This document shows, one piece after another, positions 28,399 through 36,917 of a stretch of DNA of 64,000 bases. The position numbers and the translations under genes were made by a program. Where the stretch lies: contig JAURGP010000005.1 of assembly GCA_030833725.1 (NCBI GenBank), positions 298-64,297 on the forward strand. The letters run 5' to 3'. Numbering within the stretch: position 1 is the stretch's first letter; each line of letters begins with the position of its first letter. Origin of the DNA: Candidatus Kapaibacterium sp. (GTDB taxonomy: Bacteria > Bacteroidota > Ignavibacteria > Kapaibacteriales > Kapaibacteriaceae). The notes beneath the pieces are model-generated. The model searched no databases. It was not told the origin of the DNA and was given only the letters and a program-made list of their open reading frames with translations.

Positions 28399-29061
28399 TT
28401 GACGCAGCAAATTAGCTATCACAGCGAGCTTGGCAGAAAGACGATTCATCTGTCGTCGTTAGGCATCCCAGCAATCTACCTCCACATTGAGCACGCCACC
28501 GGCATTGCTATTCTGGTTGCCATGACGCTTGTCTCGCTGGCGATCGATGTTGGCCGTCACTACCATGCGCCTACGCGCCAGCTCCTGACACGCATGGTGG
28601 GGCCATTGCTACGGGCCCACGAAGTTGATGGCGGTCGATTCACCTTGACGGGGGCAACGTGGGTGCTGATTGCGGCTACGCTCACACTGAGTGCCTTCCC
28701 CACCATTGTTGGCGTTACAGCGTTTACGGTCTTGATCGTATCCGATACATCCGCTGCTCTGATCGGCCGGCGTTTCGGGCGCCGTCCCTTTCTGGACAAA
28801 TCCTTGGTCGGGGCCGTTGCGTTTGCCGTCAGCGGTATGGCCGTGGTGGTCTTTTACGCTATCGTGTACCAGCTGCCAGCGGCCTACGTGCTCTGGGGGG
28901 CTGTAGCAGCAGTGGTGAGCAGTATTGTAGAAGCCGCTAGTGTGCGCCTCCACATGGACGACAACATCACCATCCCGTTTAGTTTTGCTGTCACGCTCAT
29001 GATGGGAGAGTGGACAACCCACCTTCTGCAGAGTGCGTCGTTTGTTCACCTGCTTCCATAA
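28399..29061 (+). CDS. CTP-dependent polyprenol/phytol/diacylglycerol kinase (SEC59/DGK1/VTE5 family)
   Basis: RKTIH, LLRAHE, LTGAT, SDTSAALIGRRFG, KSLVG, DDNITIP; TTG start. Confidence 0.88.
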   Translation: MTQQISYHSELGRKTIHLSSLGIPAIYLHIEHATGIAILVAMTLVSLAIDVGRHYHAPTRQLLTRMVGPLLRAHEVDGGRFTLTGATWVLIAATLTLSAFPTIVGVTAFTVLIVSDTSAALIGRRFGRRPFLDKSLVGAVAFAVSGMAVVVFYAIVYQLPAAYVLWGAVAAVVSSIVEAASVRLHMDDNITIPFSFAVTLMMGEWTTHLLQSASFVHLLP

Positions 29062-29073
29062 CCGATAACGAAC

Positions 29074-29589
29074 ATGCAGTCACGCAGTACCGCGATCATC
29101 CTGGCGATCCTCGTTGGCCTTGGGCTGACGCTGATGGCTGTCTATATCTGGTGGTATGGGGCTAGCCGAGATGTCCGTGGAACGTATCAGGTTGCCGATG
29201 TGGTGGTGGACACCCTGGGTGTGGAGCACACGTCCATTCTGTTTGTAGAAGTGGCGGAGTATGACTCCCTCCACCTGCTCAAGGTAGCTGAAGCGCTTAC
29301 GCGTCGACAGGTCGAACAACGGTCGCTCGACCAGAGGCGACGGCGGACCTATCTCTACCACTTCTTCGTTCCGGGTGATACGGCTGTACTCTCCCAGGAG
29401 ATGATCGATGAAGTGCAGTACCGACATCCTGCCCTCACCGATCCTACCGAACAGCTCTTGCAGGTGCCCCATGGTTGGATTGTTCGGGCTGTCCTACCGG
29501 CCGATCACATCCATCCAGAGCTTGTTGAGGCACATCAGGTGGCATTTGCCATCCCTCGGCCAGGTCTACGTGCGCGAGACGTACAGTAG
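29074..29589 (+). CDS. Hypothetical protein with N-terminal membrane anchor
   Basis: 171 aa, co-directional with the kinase, hydrophobic N-terminus, no recognised motif. Confidence 0.65.
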   Translation: MQSRSTAIILAILVGLGLTLMAVYIWWYGASRDVRGTYQVADVVVDTLGVEHTSILFVEVAEYDSLHLLKVAEALTRRQVEQRSLDQRRRRTYLYHFFVPGDTAVLSQEMIDEVQYRHPALTDPTEQLLQVPHGWIVRAVLPADHIHPELVEAHQVAFAIPRPGLRARDVQ

Positions 29590-29626
29590 TCCTCGGTAGC
29601 CCTCGGTAGCCCTGGGCAGCCCTCGA
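29587..29626. repeat. 10-nt tandem repeat TAGCCCTCGG x4 (degenerate)
   Basis: TAGTCCTCGG TAGCCCTCGG TAGCCCTGGG CAGCCCTCGA. Confidence 0.85.
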
Positions 29627-29636
29627 CGAACGATGG

Positions 29637-31310
29637 CTACGGATGGAAACGGGCATCCTTCCACTCAGCAAAGAGGTGCTTGACGCGGTTGCGTTGATAC
29701 TTGCCCGTACTGGTCACAGGAAGGGCGTCGGTAAACACCACAACCTTGGGGGACTTACTGAAGGGAAGATGGGCCCTGCAGTACGACAGGACATCCTCCT
29801 CGGTGACCTGCGATGAGGATCGCACCACCAGAGCACCCACTTCTTCACCGTACAGCGTATGTTCAAAACCCACGCAGATGCCGGCACCAACGCCGGGCGC
29901 GCGGTTGATGACCTCATCGATCTCCAACGGCGCAAGGTTCACGCCACCACGGATAATCAATTCTTTGAGTCGACCGGTAATGAAGTAGAATGCCCGTCCG
30001 ACATTGTCCAGAACGTAGAACCCTTCATCACCCGAGTGAAACCAATCACCGGCAAAGGCCGTCGCATTCGCTTCAGGATTACGATCGTAGCCCGTCATGA
30101 CGGTGGCACCGCGAATGACGATCTCTCCGCGCTCACCTACTTCTGCCGGTGACCCATCCGATCGTAGGATGGCCATCTCGTTGGCTGGAATCGAGACTCC
30201 GATCGACGGGAAACCGTAGTCCTGCATCCAGTGACGATGCTCCTCGTGAGCGAGATCTACGGGCACAAAACACGAGTAGCACGTGGTTTCGCTCAGGCCG
30301 TAGCCGTGGATGATCGGAATGTGATAGCGGTGCTCGAATCGTTCGGCGAGCTCGCAGGTGAGAGGTCCAGCTCCACAGATGATGTGCCGCAAGCCCCCTG
30401 CTTGAACTGCGTCAATTCCGTCGGCGGAAGCATCTGTCTCGAGCAACATTGCAAGCAACGTCGGGACCACACTTACAACGTTGACGTCCTCGGCTACAAT
30501 CGACGGGAAAAATCGACGCGCCGAGAACTTCCGATGCAGCACCACCGAGCCACCAACAAGGAACGGCGTCACGTGTGTGACAATGGTGCCGTTTACATGG
30601 TGCACTGGTAGGACGCACATCATGCGCTGATCGGCCGTGATGCCATGCCAGGCAGCGATCGCTTCGCCGTCGGCGAAGAGATTCTGCTGGATGAGCACGA
30701 CGGCCTTTGGATGCCCCGTCGTTCCGCTGGTGTAGACCATCAAACACTCATCCCACCGCTGATCAAACTCTGGAGTGGGGAAGGGGTAGGGTGCTTGATG
30801 GCGGAGGGCATCGTAGAACGTAGAGCGAGCTGCATCATCGGTATCCATTACAATCGTCTGGTAGCCCGAGAGCTGCAGATCGTCGGCCAGGTGTGCGGCA
30901 TACTCCGGCCTACATAGCGCCGTGGTGGCTCCACAGGCTCCTAGGATGTAGCGCAGTCGCTGGTGGTCCTCGGTCATGTTCAGCGGAACAGCACAGGCAC
31001 CGAGCAGCCAGCAGGCCATGTAGGCCAGAATGGTGTCGGGATGGTTGTGGCTGGCAATCACCACCCGATGTCCTCGCTGTACGCCATGCGTGGTGAGAAG
31101 CTGGGCCAGGCGCTGTGTCGTGTCGATAAACACGGCATACGACCACACCGACCGTTGGCCGTGTTCATCGTGGTAGATCAGCCACGGCTTTTCCAAATTG
31201 GCGGCATACTGCGATGCCATGACTGCTCCCCACGACCGAAACGATGTGGGAGCGTCTTCAGGCAGAATGCCGTGCACCGTGCGCACGGCTGATGTCCGGG
31301 GATCCAGCAT
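29637..31310 (-). CDS. Class I adenylate-forming enzyme (acyl-CoA ligase)
   Basis: YTSGTTGHPK, HGYGLSET, GEIVIRG, WFHSGD, GRLKELIIRGG, LPVTSTGK. Confidence 0.93.
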   Translation of the reverse strand: MLDPRTSAVRTVHGILPEDAPTSFRSWGAVMASQYAANLEKPWLIYHDEHGQRSVWSYAVFIDTTQRLAQLLTTHGVQRGHRVVIASHNHPDTILAYMACWLLGACAVPLNMTEDHQRLRYILGACGATTALCRPEYAAHLADDLQLSGYQTIVMDTDDAARSTFYDALRHQAPYPFPTPEFDQRWDECLMVYTSGTTGHPKAVVLIQQNLFADGEAIAAWHGITADQRMMCVLPVHHVNGTIVTHVTPFLVGGSVVLHRKFSARRFFPSIVAEDVNVVSVVPTLLAMLLETDASADGIDAVQAGGLRHIICGAGPLTCELAERFEHRYHIPIIHGYGLSETTCYSCFVPVDLAHEEHRHWMQDYGFPSIGVSIPANEMAILRSDGSPAEVGERGEIVIRGATVMTGYDRNPEANATAFAGDWFHSGDEGFYVLDNVGRAFYFITGRLKELIIRGGVNLAPLEIDEVINRAPGVGAGICVGFEHTLYGEEVGALVVRSSSQVTEEDVLSYCRAHLPFSKSPKVVVFTDALPVTSTGKYQRNRVKHLFAEWKDARFHP

Positions 31311-31313
31311 GCG

Positions 31314-31350
31314 CGAAGTTACGAGCTCTACGAATCGTCGCGTAACTTCG
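31314..31350. promoter_or_regulatory. Back-to-back -7 boxes (CGTAACTTCG on both strands)
   Basis: CGAAGTTACG-N17-CGTAACTTCG; each box lies 3 nt before an ATG (31310 minus, 31354 plus). Confidence 0.7.
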
Positions 31351-31353
31351 TAC

Positions 31354-32388
31354 ATGATCGATCTGCGCAGTGATACCGTAACTGTCCCCGACGAGGCCAT
31401 GCGAGCGGCGATGGCCGTGGCACCAGTTGGGGACGACGTCTATGCCGAGGACCCAACGGTCAATGCTCTCCAGGAGCGTGTTGCAGCCATGTTCGGTATG
31501 GAGGCTGCCCTGTTTGTACCGAGTGGAACGCAAGGCAATCAGATCTGCTTGGCTCTCCATGCCAAGACTGGCGAAGAAGTGATCGCCGAGGCAGATGCGC
31601 ACATCTTGCACTATGAGAACGCTGCGACAAGCGTCATCGCACGTGCCCAGATCCATGCCGTGCCGTCGTTTACTGGGGCGATGCCGTTGGAAGCTGTCGA
31701 GCAGGCCATCCGCCCCGATGCGTATTACTATCCTCGGACGGCGGTGATTGCTGTGGAAAACAGCCACAACCGTCACGGCGGAACAGTTCTGGATCTGGAG
31801 TACCTGCATGAGCTGCGCGAACTTGCCACGAACCGTGGTCTTGGTCTGCACTGCGACGGAGCACGCATCTGGAATGCCATGGCAGCAACCACCACGCCAC
31901 CGGAGAAGTACGGTGCCATCTTTGATACGATGAGCGTGTGCCTTAGCAAGGGTCTCGGTGCTCCCGTGGGTTCGCTGATGCTGTCTACGAGATCCCGCAT
32001 CGATCAAGCATGGCGCTGGAGGAAGATGCTGGGAGGGGGCATGCGCCAGACTGGCATGTTGGCGGCAGCCGGATTGTATGCACTGGATCACATCCTGCCA
32101 TTGCTTGCTGACGATCATCGGCGTGCTCGGGCGTTTGCAGAGGCCATCGCTGGACATCCGCTCGTACACGTCAACCTTGACCGCGTGCAAACGAACATCG
32201 TGATGTTCCGTGTGAACGCCGATACAGAGGAGTTCGTAACGCTACTCCATCACGAAGGGATACGCATGGCCCAGATCCGGCCCGGAGTGCTGCGTGCCGT
32301 GTTCCATCACCAGATTACCGATCATCACACCACAGCGGCAGCTGAGGCAGTACACCACATCCTATCTTTGCACCATGGCAATAGCTGA
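31354..32388 (+). CDS. ltaE: Low-specificity L-threonine aldolase
   Basis: MIDLRSDTVT, VGDDVYAEDPT, PSGTQGN, ENSHN, HCDGARIWNA, CLSKGLGAPVGS, GGGMRQ. Confidence 0.95.
   Translation: MIDLRSDTVTVPDEAMRAAMAVAPVGDDVYAEDPTVNALQERVAAMFGMEAALFVPSGTQGNQICLALHAKTGEEVIAEADAHILHYENAATSVIARAQIHAVPSFTGAMPLEAVEQAIRPDAYYYPRTAVIAVENSHNRHGGTVLDLEYLHELRELATNRGLGLHCDGARIWNAMAATTTPPEKYGAIFDTMSVCLSKGLGAPVGSLMLSTRSRIDQAWRWRKMLGGGMRQTGMLAAAGLYALDHILPLLADDHRRARAFAEAIAGHPLVHVNLDRVQTNIVMFRVNADTEEFVTLLHHEGIRMAQIRPGVLRAVFHHQITDHHTTAAAEAVHHILSLHHGNS
32363..32370 (+). promoter_or_regulatory. Internal -7 promoter box TATCTTTG, 4 nt before ATG
   Basis: TATCTTTG CACC ATG(32375), inside the 3' end of ltaE. Confidence 0.55.
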
Positions 32389-32890
32389 CAAGAACGAAGC
32401 AACGATCGACCATCAGTCCACGCATGTTGAGGGGTATGGTCAGTTTCATCACCGGCTTCATAGCCGTGTGCGGTCCTACGACGTTGATCGTCAGAGCATC
32501 GTCCACAACGCCGTGTATCTATACTGGCTCGAAGCTGCGCGGATCGAGTACTTCCGCGACATTGGCGTGCCGATCGACCGTCAAAGTTTTGTTACCAAGC
32601 ACCGTTTCGTCGTGGTGCGCGCCGAAATCGACTACCACACACCGGCCCAGTTCGATGATCCGTACACAGTGTTTACACGTATCCCCTGGGTTCGCAACTC
32701 CTCGTTTGGATTCGAACACGTGATTCGTCACGACAACGGCACCTTGCTGGCCGTAGCGCGGGGTGTTCTGGTGCACCTCAACCCGGCCACACATCGTCCG
32801 GAGCGTATTCCGGATGCCTACCGCGAGCTGGTGCGTGAGTTTGAAGGAGAGAACGTACGCTGGGAAGACGAGACCGAGTCAGCTGGCTAG
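32375..32890 (+). CDS. Acyl-CoA thioesterase (YbgC/FadM hot-dog fold)
   Basis: VRSYDVDRQSIVHNAVYLYWLEAARIEYF, EIDYHTPAQFDD. Confidence 0.92.
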   Translation: MAIADKNEATIDHQSTHVEGYGQFHHRLHSRVRSYDVDRQSIVHNAVYLYWLEAARIEYFRDIGVPIDRQSFVTKHRFVVVRAEIDYHTPAQFDDPYTVFTRIPWVRNSSFGFEHVIRHDNGTLLAVARGVLVHLNPATHRPERIPDAYRELVREFEGENVRWEDETESAG

Positions 32891-32892
32891 TG

Positions 32893-32952
32893 CGTCGTGG
32901 TTTACTACGTCGTGGTCTACTACGTCGTGGTCTACTACGTCGCGGTCTAGTA
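32893..32952. repeat. 15-nt tandem repeat CGTCGTGGTCTACTA x4
   Basis: Units start at 32893, 32908, 32923 and 32938; they fill the gap between two convergent genes. Confidence 0.92.
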
Positions 32953-33552
32953 CTCCATCGTGATCAGCGCCCGGTAGGTGCTGTACCGTTGTCCACGTGG
33001 CTCAACCAGTGCCAGCTGGATCGAACCCTTGATGATCCTCTGCTGAGGGACGGCGAAGAACGCCAGGCGAAGCTGCCGACCTCGCTCGTCGGCAAGCCAC
33101 TGAAACGATTCAGGGTCTCCACCACGCTCGTCAAAGATCAGCCCCTGAATCCAGGAACTGGGATTGATACAGAAGCGAAACTGACCATCTGCTGGTTGCT
33201 GCCGGCACGAGAGGCTGAATCTGTGTACCATCACTGGTCGCTCCTTGGATGGCCGAACAGTCTGAGGAACCTCGAACACCAGCTGCGGTATGGAAATCGC
33301 ATATCGATAGGTGTCAGCGTTGCCTCCTGGAACGGGCGCTCGCTCGATCCAGACGGTTTCCAGCCATGTGGGGTCGATGATGATCGCCTCGTAGGCACTG
33401 TCCGCAAAATGGTAGTACACCGACACGCGCTTGGGATGTGTTGAACCATCAATGAATGTCGCATCTCGATCAACATCGAGTTCGAGAGGAGATGTACACG
33501 ACATGAAGGCAAGTGCCAGAGCTAAGATCATCGACCGGTATAGCACGCTCAT
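32947..33552 (-). CDS. Hypothetical lipoprotein
   Basis: Lipobox ALAFMSC; ATGA-coupled to the upstream anti-sigma gene. Confidence 0.75.
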   Translation of the reverse strand: MSVLYRSMILALALAFMSCTSPLELDVDRDATFIDGSTHPKRVSVYYHFADSAYEAIIIDPTWLETVWIERAPVPGGNADTYRYAISIPQLVFEVPQTVRPSKERPVMVHRFSLSCRQQPADGQFRFCINPSSWIQGLIFDERGGDPESFQWLADERGRQLRLAFFAVPQQRIIKGSIQLALVEPRGQRYSTYRALITMEY

Positions 33553-34724
33553 CGTAGTGCTCCCAGATTGAAGCCGAGGCCGATGGTGGGTCCCCATTTG
33601 GTGGATGAAAACCACGTGCCATCATGACGGTACATCAGCGCAGCAGCATCGATACCCACGGAGATCTGCAGGGGGCCAACGGGCTGGTATTGCAGGCCCA
33701 CGCTGGCTCGAGCTAAGGGGCCCTGCTGAACGGCAACGCCAAGGGTAGCATCAAGAACCGGTGCTAAGCCCGGCAGGAAGGAGAACTCCAGTGGCGTCCA
33801 CCGGTAGGTGGCTCCCATCCAGAACAGCACGGGTGTCTGCGTGTACTGCACCAGACGGTCCTCTGCCGCTCCGGTGAACTGTTGACGGAACGACTCTGTC
33901 CCCATCTCCACGCCAAGAGCGTGTTGTTGGCTGATGGGGAAGAGTAGGCCAAATGACGTATTGGGGAGAACCGCATCGCGCACGGAGGCCGGCGTTGGCT
34001 CTGTTGAGGAGAGACCACTGGCCAGTGCTCTGGCGCGGAACGTGACGGGAATGGCCGAGGGCGCAGACCACAATGCGGACGTGGTGCCCAGTGGCGTCGA
34101 TGGTGCCAGGTCGGATGCAGAGAATGTTGTCGATGGGGGAACGCTCAACGAGGGTGTCTGCTGCAAGTGCAGAGCCGAGATCGCGACTGGCGCCTCCGAT
34201 TCCGTTGCTGGAGCTTCCACCGGCTGCGGTACCTGCACGGCAACATATCGTACGGCGTAGACCGTATCCGGTACTGGAGGACCCACCGGAAGAGCTGGAG
34301 CCGGTCCTGGTGCTACCACACTGGCAGACGACGTTGTTGCTGTGGGAGGTTCACCACTTGAACCACTCTTGAGGGACAATGCCAGAAAGAATCCAGCCAC
34401 CAAGCCCCCTGCAGCCGTCAGTAGTGGCGTAAGATTGGAGCCGAACCATGAGCTGGCTGCACCGGTGCCGTGGACCACTGCAGCGGCTGCTGGAGCGGTG
34501 ACGAGTCCAATTGCCGAGAGGAGTGCGGCCTCGCCTCCGGTGGGAGGAATCATGGAGTCGCTCTGCACAGCCCTGCGAATCGAGAGTGTATCTCGTAGCA
34601 CTGTACGGAGCTCAGTAGACGATTGCAGTTCATCGAATAAATCTTGCTCGCTCGTGACCGGTAACTCGCCATCGAGGTAGGCATCAAGAGCTTCTTCTGG
34701 GGAAAATTGATGGGGTGTGTTCAT
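33549..34724 (-). CDS. Putative anti-sigma factor with TM helix, P/A/S/T-rich linker and C-terminal outer-membrane beta-barrel
   Basis: N-terminal LDAYLDGEL anti-sigma-like helix, TM LTAAGGLVAGFFLAL, low-complexity linker, amphipathic strands ending KWGPTIGLGFNL; directly downstream of an ECF sigma. Confidence 0.75.
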   Translation of the reverse strand: MNTPHQFSPEEALDAYLDGELPVTSEQDLFDELQSSTELRTVLRDTLSIRRAVQSDSMIPPTGGEAALLSAIGLVTAPAAAAVVHGTGAASSWFGSNLTPLLTAAGGLVAGFFLALSLKSGSSGEPPTATTSSASVVAPGPAPALPVGPPVPDTVYAVRYVAVQVPQPVEAPATESEAPVAISALHLQQTPSLSVPPSTTFSASDLAPSTPLGTTSALWSAPSAIPVTFRARALASGLSSTEPTPASVRDAVLPNTSFGLLFPISQQHALGVEMGTESFRQQFTGAAEDRLVQYTQTPVLFWMGATYRWTPLEFSFLPGLAPVLDATLGVAVQQGPLARASVGLQYQPVGPLQISVGIDAAALMYRHDGTWFSSTKWGPTIGLGFNLGALR

Positions 34725-34737
34725 GCTCGTACGACAA

Positions 34738-35310
34738 CTACGGTTGATTCAAATCGTGGAGGTAGGGGGCGAGGATTTCTCGCAGTTTCTTCTTGGCTCG
34801 AAAGATTCTCACCTTAACAAGGTCAACAGACTGTCCGATCACGTCGGCGATCTCGGCATAGCTCAAGCCATTGTATTCACGCAGGACAAACGCTTCGCGA
34901 TACTCGTCCGGCAGGAGCTCGAGGGACGCCTGGATGAGTTGCAGGAGCTCTCGTTGTTCATACGGAGCATCAGTATCAACCCAGTGAACGTCTTCAAAGG
35001 GCACAAACTGGCGCTTGGCCCGTACCTGATGCGTAAAGCACAGGTTGCGTGCGATCGTCAACAGGTAGCCGGGAACGTTCTCTACGGAGCGTCCTTGACG
35101 GCCGGCCTCGAAAAACTTCACGAACGTATCCTGCAGGAGGTCTTCCGCAACCTGGCCATCTCCGATGATCTTGCGGCAGTACGTATAGATACGCTGGGCG
35201 TATCGTCGATACAGCACCGATAATGCCCGTTGGGCCTGGATATCACCGGCCGATAACTGGCAGAAGAGGTCCTGATCCGCAGGATCGAGCATGGTGAGTG
35301 TGGGATCCAT
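34738..35310 (-). CDS. ECF RNA polymerase sigma factor (alternative start 35292)
   Basis: LYRRY, AEDLLQDTF, YLLTIARN (region 2); LPDEYREAFVLREYNGLSYAEIA...VKVRIFRAK (region 4). Confidence 0.95.
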   Translation of the reverse strand: MDPTLTMLDPADQDLFCQLSAGDIQAQRALSVLYRRYAQRIYTYCRKIIGDGQVAEDLLQDTFVKFFEAGRQGRSVENVPGYLLTIARNLCFTHQVRAKRQFVPFEDVHWVDTDAPYEQRELLQLIQASLELLPDEYREAFVLREYNGLSYAEIADVIGQSVDLVKVRIFRAKKKLREILAPYLHDLNQP

Positions 35311-35380
35311 CCGTGTGCAGTGACGAGGTCTTCGGGAGGATGTTACACACCAGCCGAGGAACGAGTGTAATTTAGGTGTC

Positions 35381-36892
35381 ATGACCCTAGAATCCCGACT
35401 CGCCAGCCTCGTGATGCCACGCCTTGACGCTGATCACTGGCACGACGCCTCCTACCGCCAAGCGGCGAATGCCCTGATCGACCGTGGCGTTAGCTCCTTT
35501 GGACTGTTTTCCGGCACCCTTGCCGAGACTGCCACGATGATTGCCGACCTCCAACGGTACAGTCCACAGCGCCTGTTCTTCGGTGCAGACTATGAGTATG
35601 GGTTGCCAATGCGATTACGGGAGGGAGGAATTGCCTTTCCCAGAGCCATGGCGCTGGGGGCAACATCGCCGGGAATCACTGAGCATATCGCCGCGGCGAT
35701 TGCCCGAGAGATGCGAGCACTGGGTGTGCATTGGAACTGGGCACCCGTGGCTGATATGAACTCCAATCCACACAATCCGATTGTCAATACGCGCGCCTTT
35801 GGCGAGGATTCCAAAGCGGTGAGCCCGCACGTACTGGCCTTCGTGCGTGGCTTACAAGGTGGGGGAGTCTTGGCCTGTGTCAAGCATGTTCCTGGTCATG
35901 GAGCCACAACGGTGGATAGCCATCTGGCACTACCGGAGCTTGACCTTGACCTTCCGCTCTTGGAGTCGCGAGAGTTTCAGCCGTTTCGTGCCGCTATCGC
36001 TGAGAACGTTGGCTCGCTGATGATGGGACATCTGATGATCCCTGCACTCGACGCGAATCTGCCAGCCTCGCTCTCGGAGCACATCGTCACGGGATTGATT
36101 CGCACGCAGTGGGGATTCGATGGCTTGATCACGACCGATGCGCTGGACATGGGAGCCATTACCTCAATGTGGTCGTCCGGAGATGCTGCCGTACGTGCTG
36201 TGCAGGCCGGCTGCGACGTTGTCCTCCTTCCCGAAGATGCTCACGTCGCCATCGATGCTCTTGTGGAAGCTGCGCTGGACGGACGGATCACCGAGGAACG
36301 CCTGCAGCATAGCGAACGTCGGTGGCAGCACGCACGACGTACATTCGGTCGACCGGAACCGGCCGCGCCGGTAGATCAGCAGGCGCATGCAATGATGGCC
36401 CTGCAGGCAGCATCTTTGGCGACGCGCGTTACGGGCCGGGACGCGTTGCTTCCACTGCTGCAATACGACCGTGTGGCCGTGTTTGCCGTGATCGATGAAC
36501 GCGATGCAGACACGGCCACCACGTGGTTTCATTACCTGGCGCAGGCTACAGAGTTGGACATCGACATGGGATACATCGATGGCACGATCAGCGATCACGA
36601 CCTGGCCGGTCTGATCGAAGGAACGCAGGAGGCCGATGTTGTGGTGTTTGCCTTCTTCGGTCGCGCCGTAGCCCATCGTGGTGGTGTCGCCGGCGGGTTG
36701 CCAGGTCTAGAACGCCTGCCAGAGGTCCTTGACGCGTTGTCTGCGGGCCGGCCACGCATTGTGGTGGCAGCCGGAAGCCCATATGGCGTAGAGGATCTTG
36801 CTGCAGACTGCACCCTGCTGACCTACTCCGATACCGTACCATCCCTAGCGGCAAGTGTCCTGCGCCTGATTGGTCGCGAGCCGCAGTCCTGA
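35381..36892 (+). CDS. nagZ: GH3 beta-N-acetylglucosaminidase
   Basis: ADYEYG, WAPVADM, RAFG, KHVPGHG..VDSH, TTDALDM. Confidence 0.85.
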   Translation: MTLESRLASLVMPRLDADHWHDASYRQAANALIDRGVSSFGLFSGTLAETATMIADLQRYSPQRLFFGADYEYGLPMRLREGGIAFPRAMALGATSPGITEHIAAAIAREMRALGVHWNWAPVADMNSNPHNPIVNTRAFGEDSKAVSPHVLAFVRGLQGGGVLACVKHVPGHGATTVDSHLALPELDLDLPLLESREFQPFRAAIAENVGSLMMGHLMIPALDANLPASLSEHIVTGLIRTQWGFDGLITTDALDMGAITSMWSSGDAAVRAVQAGCDVVLLPEDAHVAIDALVEAALDGRITEERLQHSERRWQHARRTFGRPEPAAPVDQQAHAMMALQAASLATRVTGRDALLPLLQYDRVAVFAVIDERDADTATTWFHYLAQATELDIDMGYIDGTISDHDLAGLIEGTQEADVVVFAFFGRAVAHRGGVAGGLPGLERLPEVLDALSAGRPRIVVAAGSPYGVEDLAADCTLLTYSDTVPSLAASVLRLIGREPQS

Positions 36893-36904
36893 GGCAGAAA
36901 GTCG

Positions 36905-36912
36905 TAATTTCG
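36905..36912 (+). promoter_or_regulatory. -7 promoter box TAATTTCG, 5 nt before ATG
   Basis: GTAATTTCG GCGCA ATG(36918). Confidence 0.6.
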
Positions 36913-36917
36913 GCGCA

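Noticed and set aside
31353-31356. Divergent genes sharing one CATG as both start codons
   Set aside because: The ligase more plausibly starts at 31310, 3 nt after its own -7 box, mirroring ltaE.
32893-32952. Possible CRISPR array (also considered for 180-229 and 62265-62318)
   Set aside because: Units are 10-15 nt, directly adjacent with no spacers, and no cas genes are present.
32890-33444. ORF beginning with (RRGLL)x4
   Set aside because: The N-terminus is just the 15-nt tandem repeat, and the rest is antisense to the lipoprotein gene.
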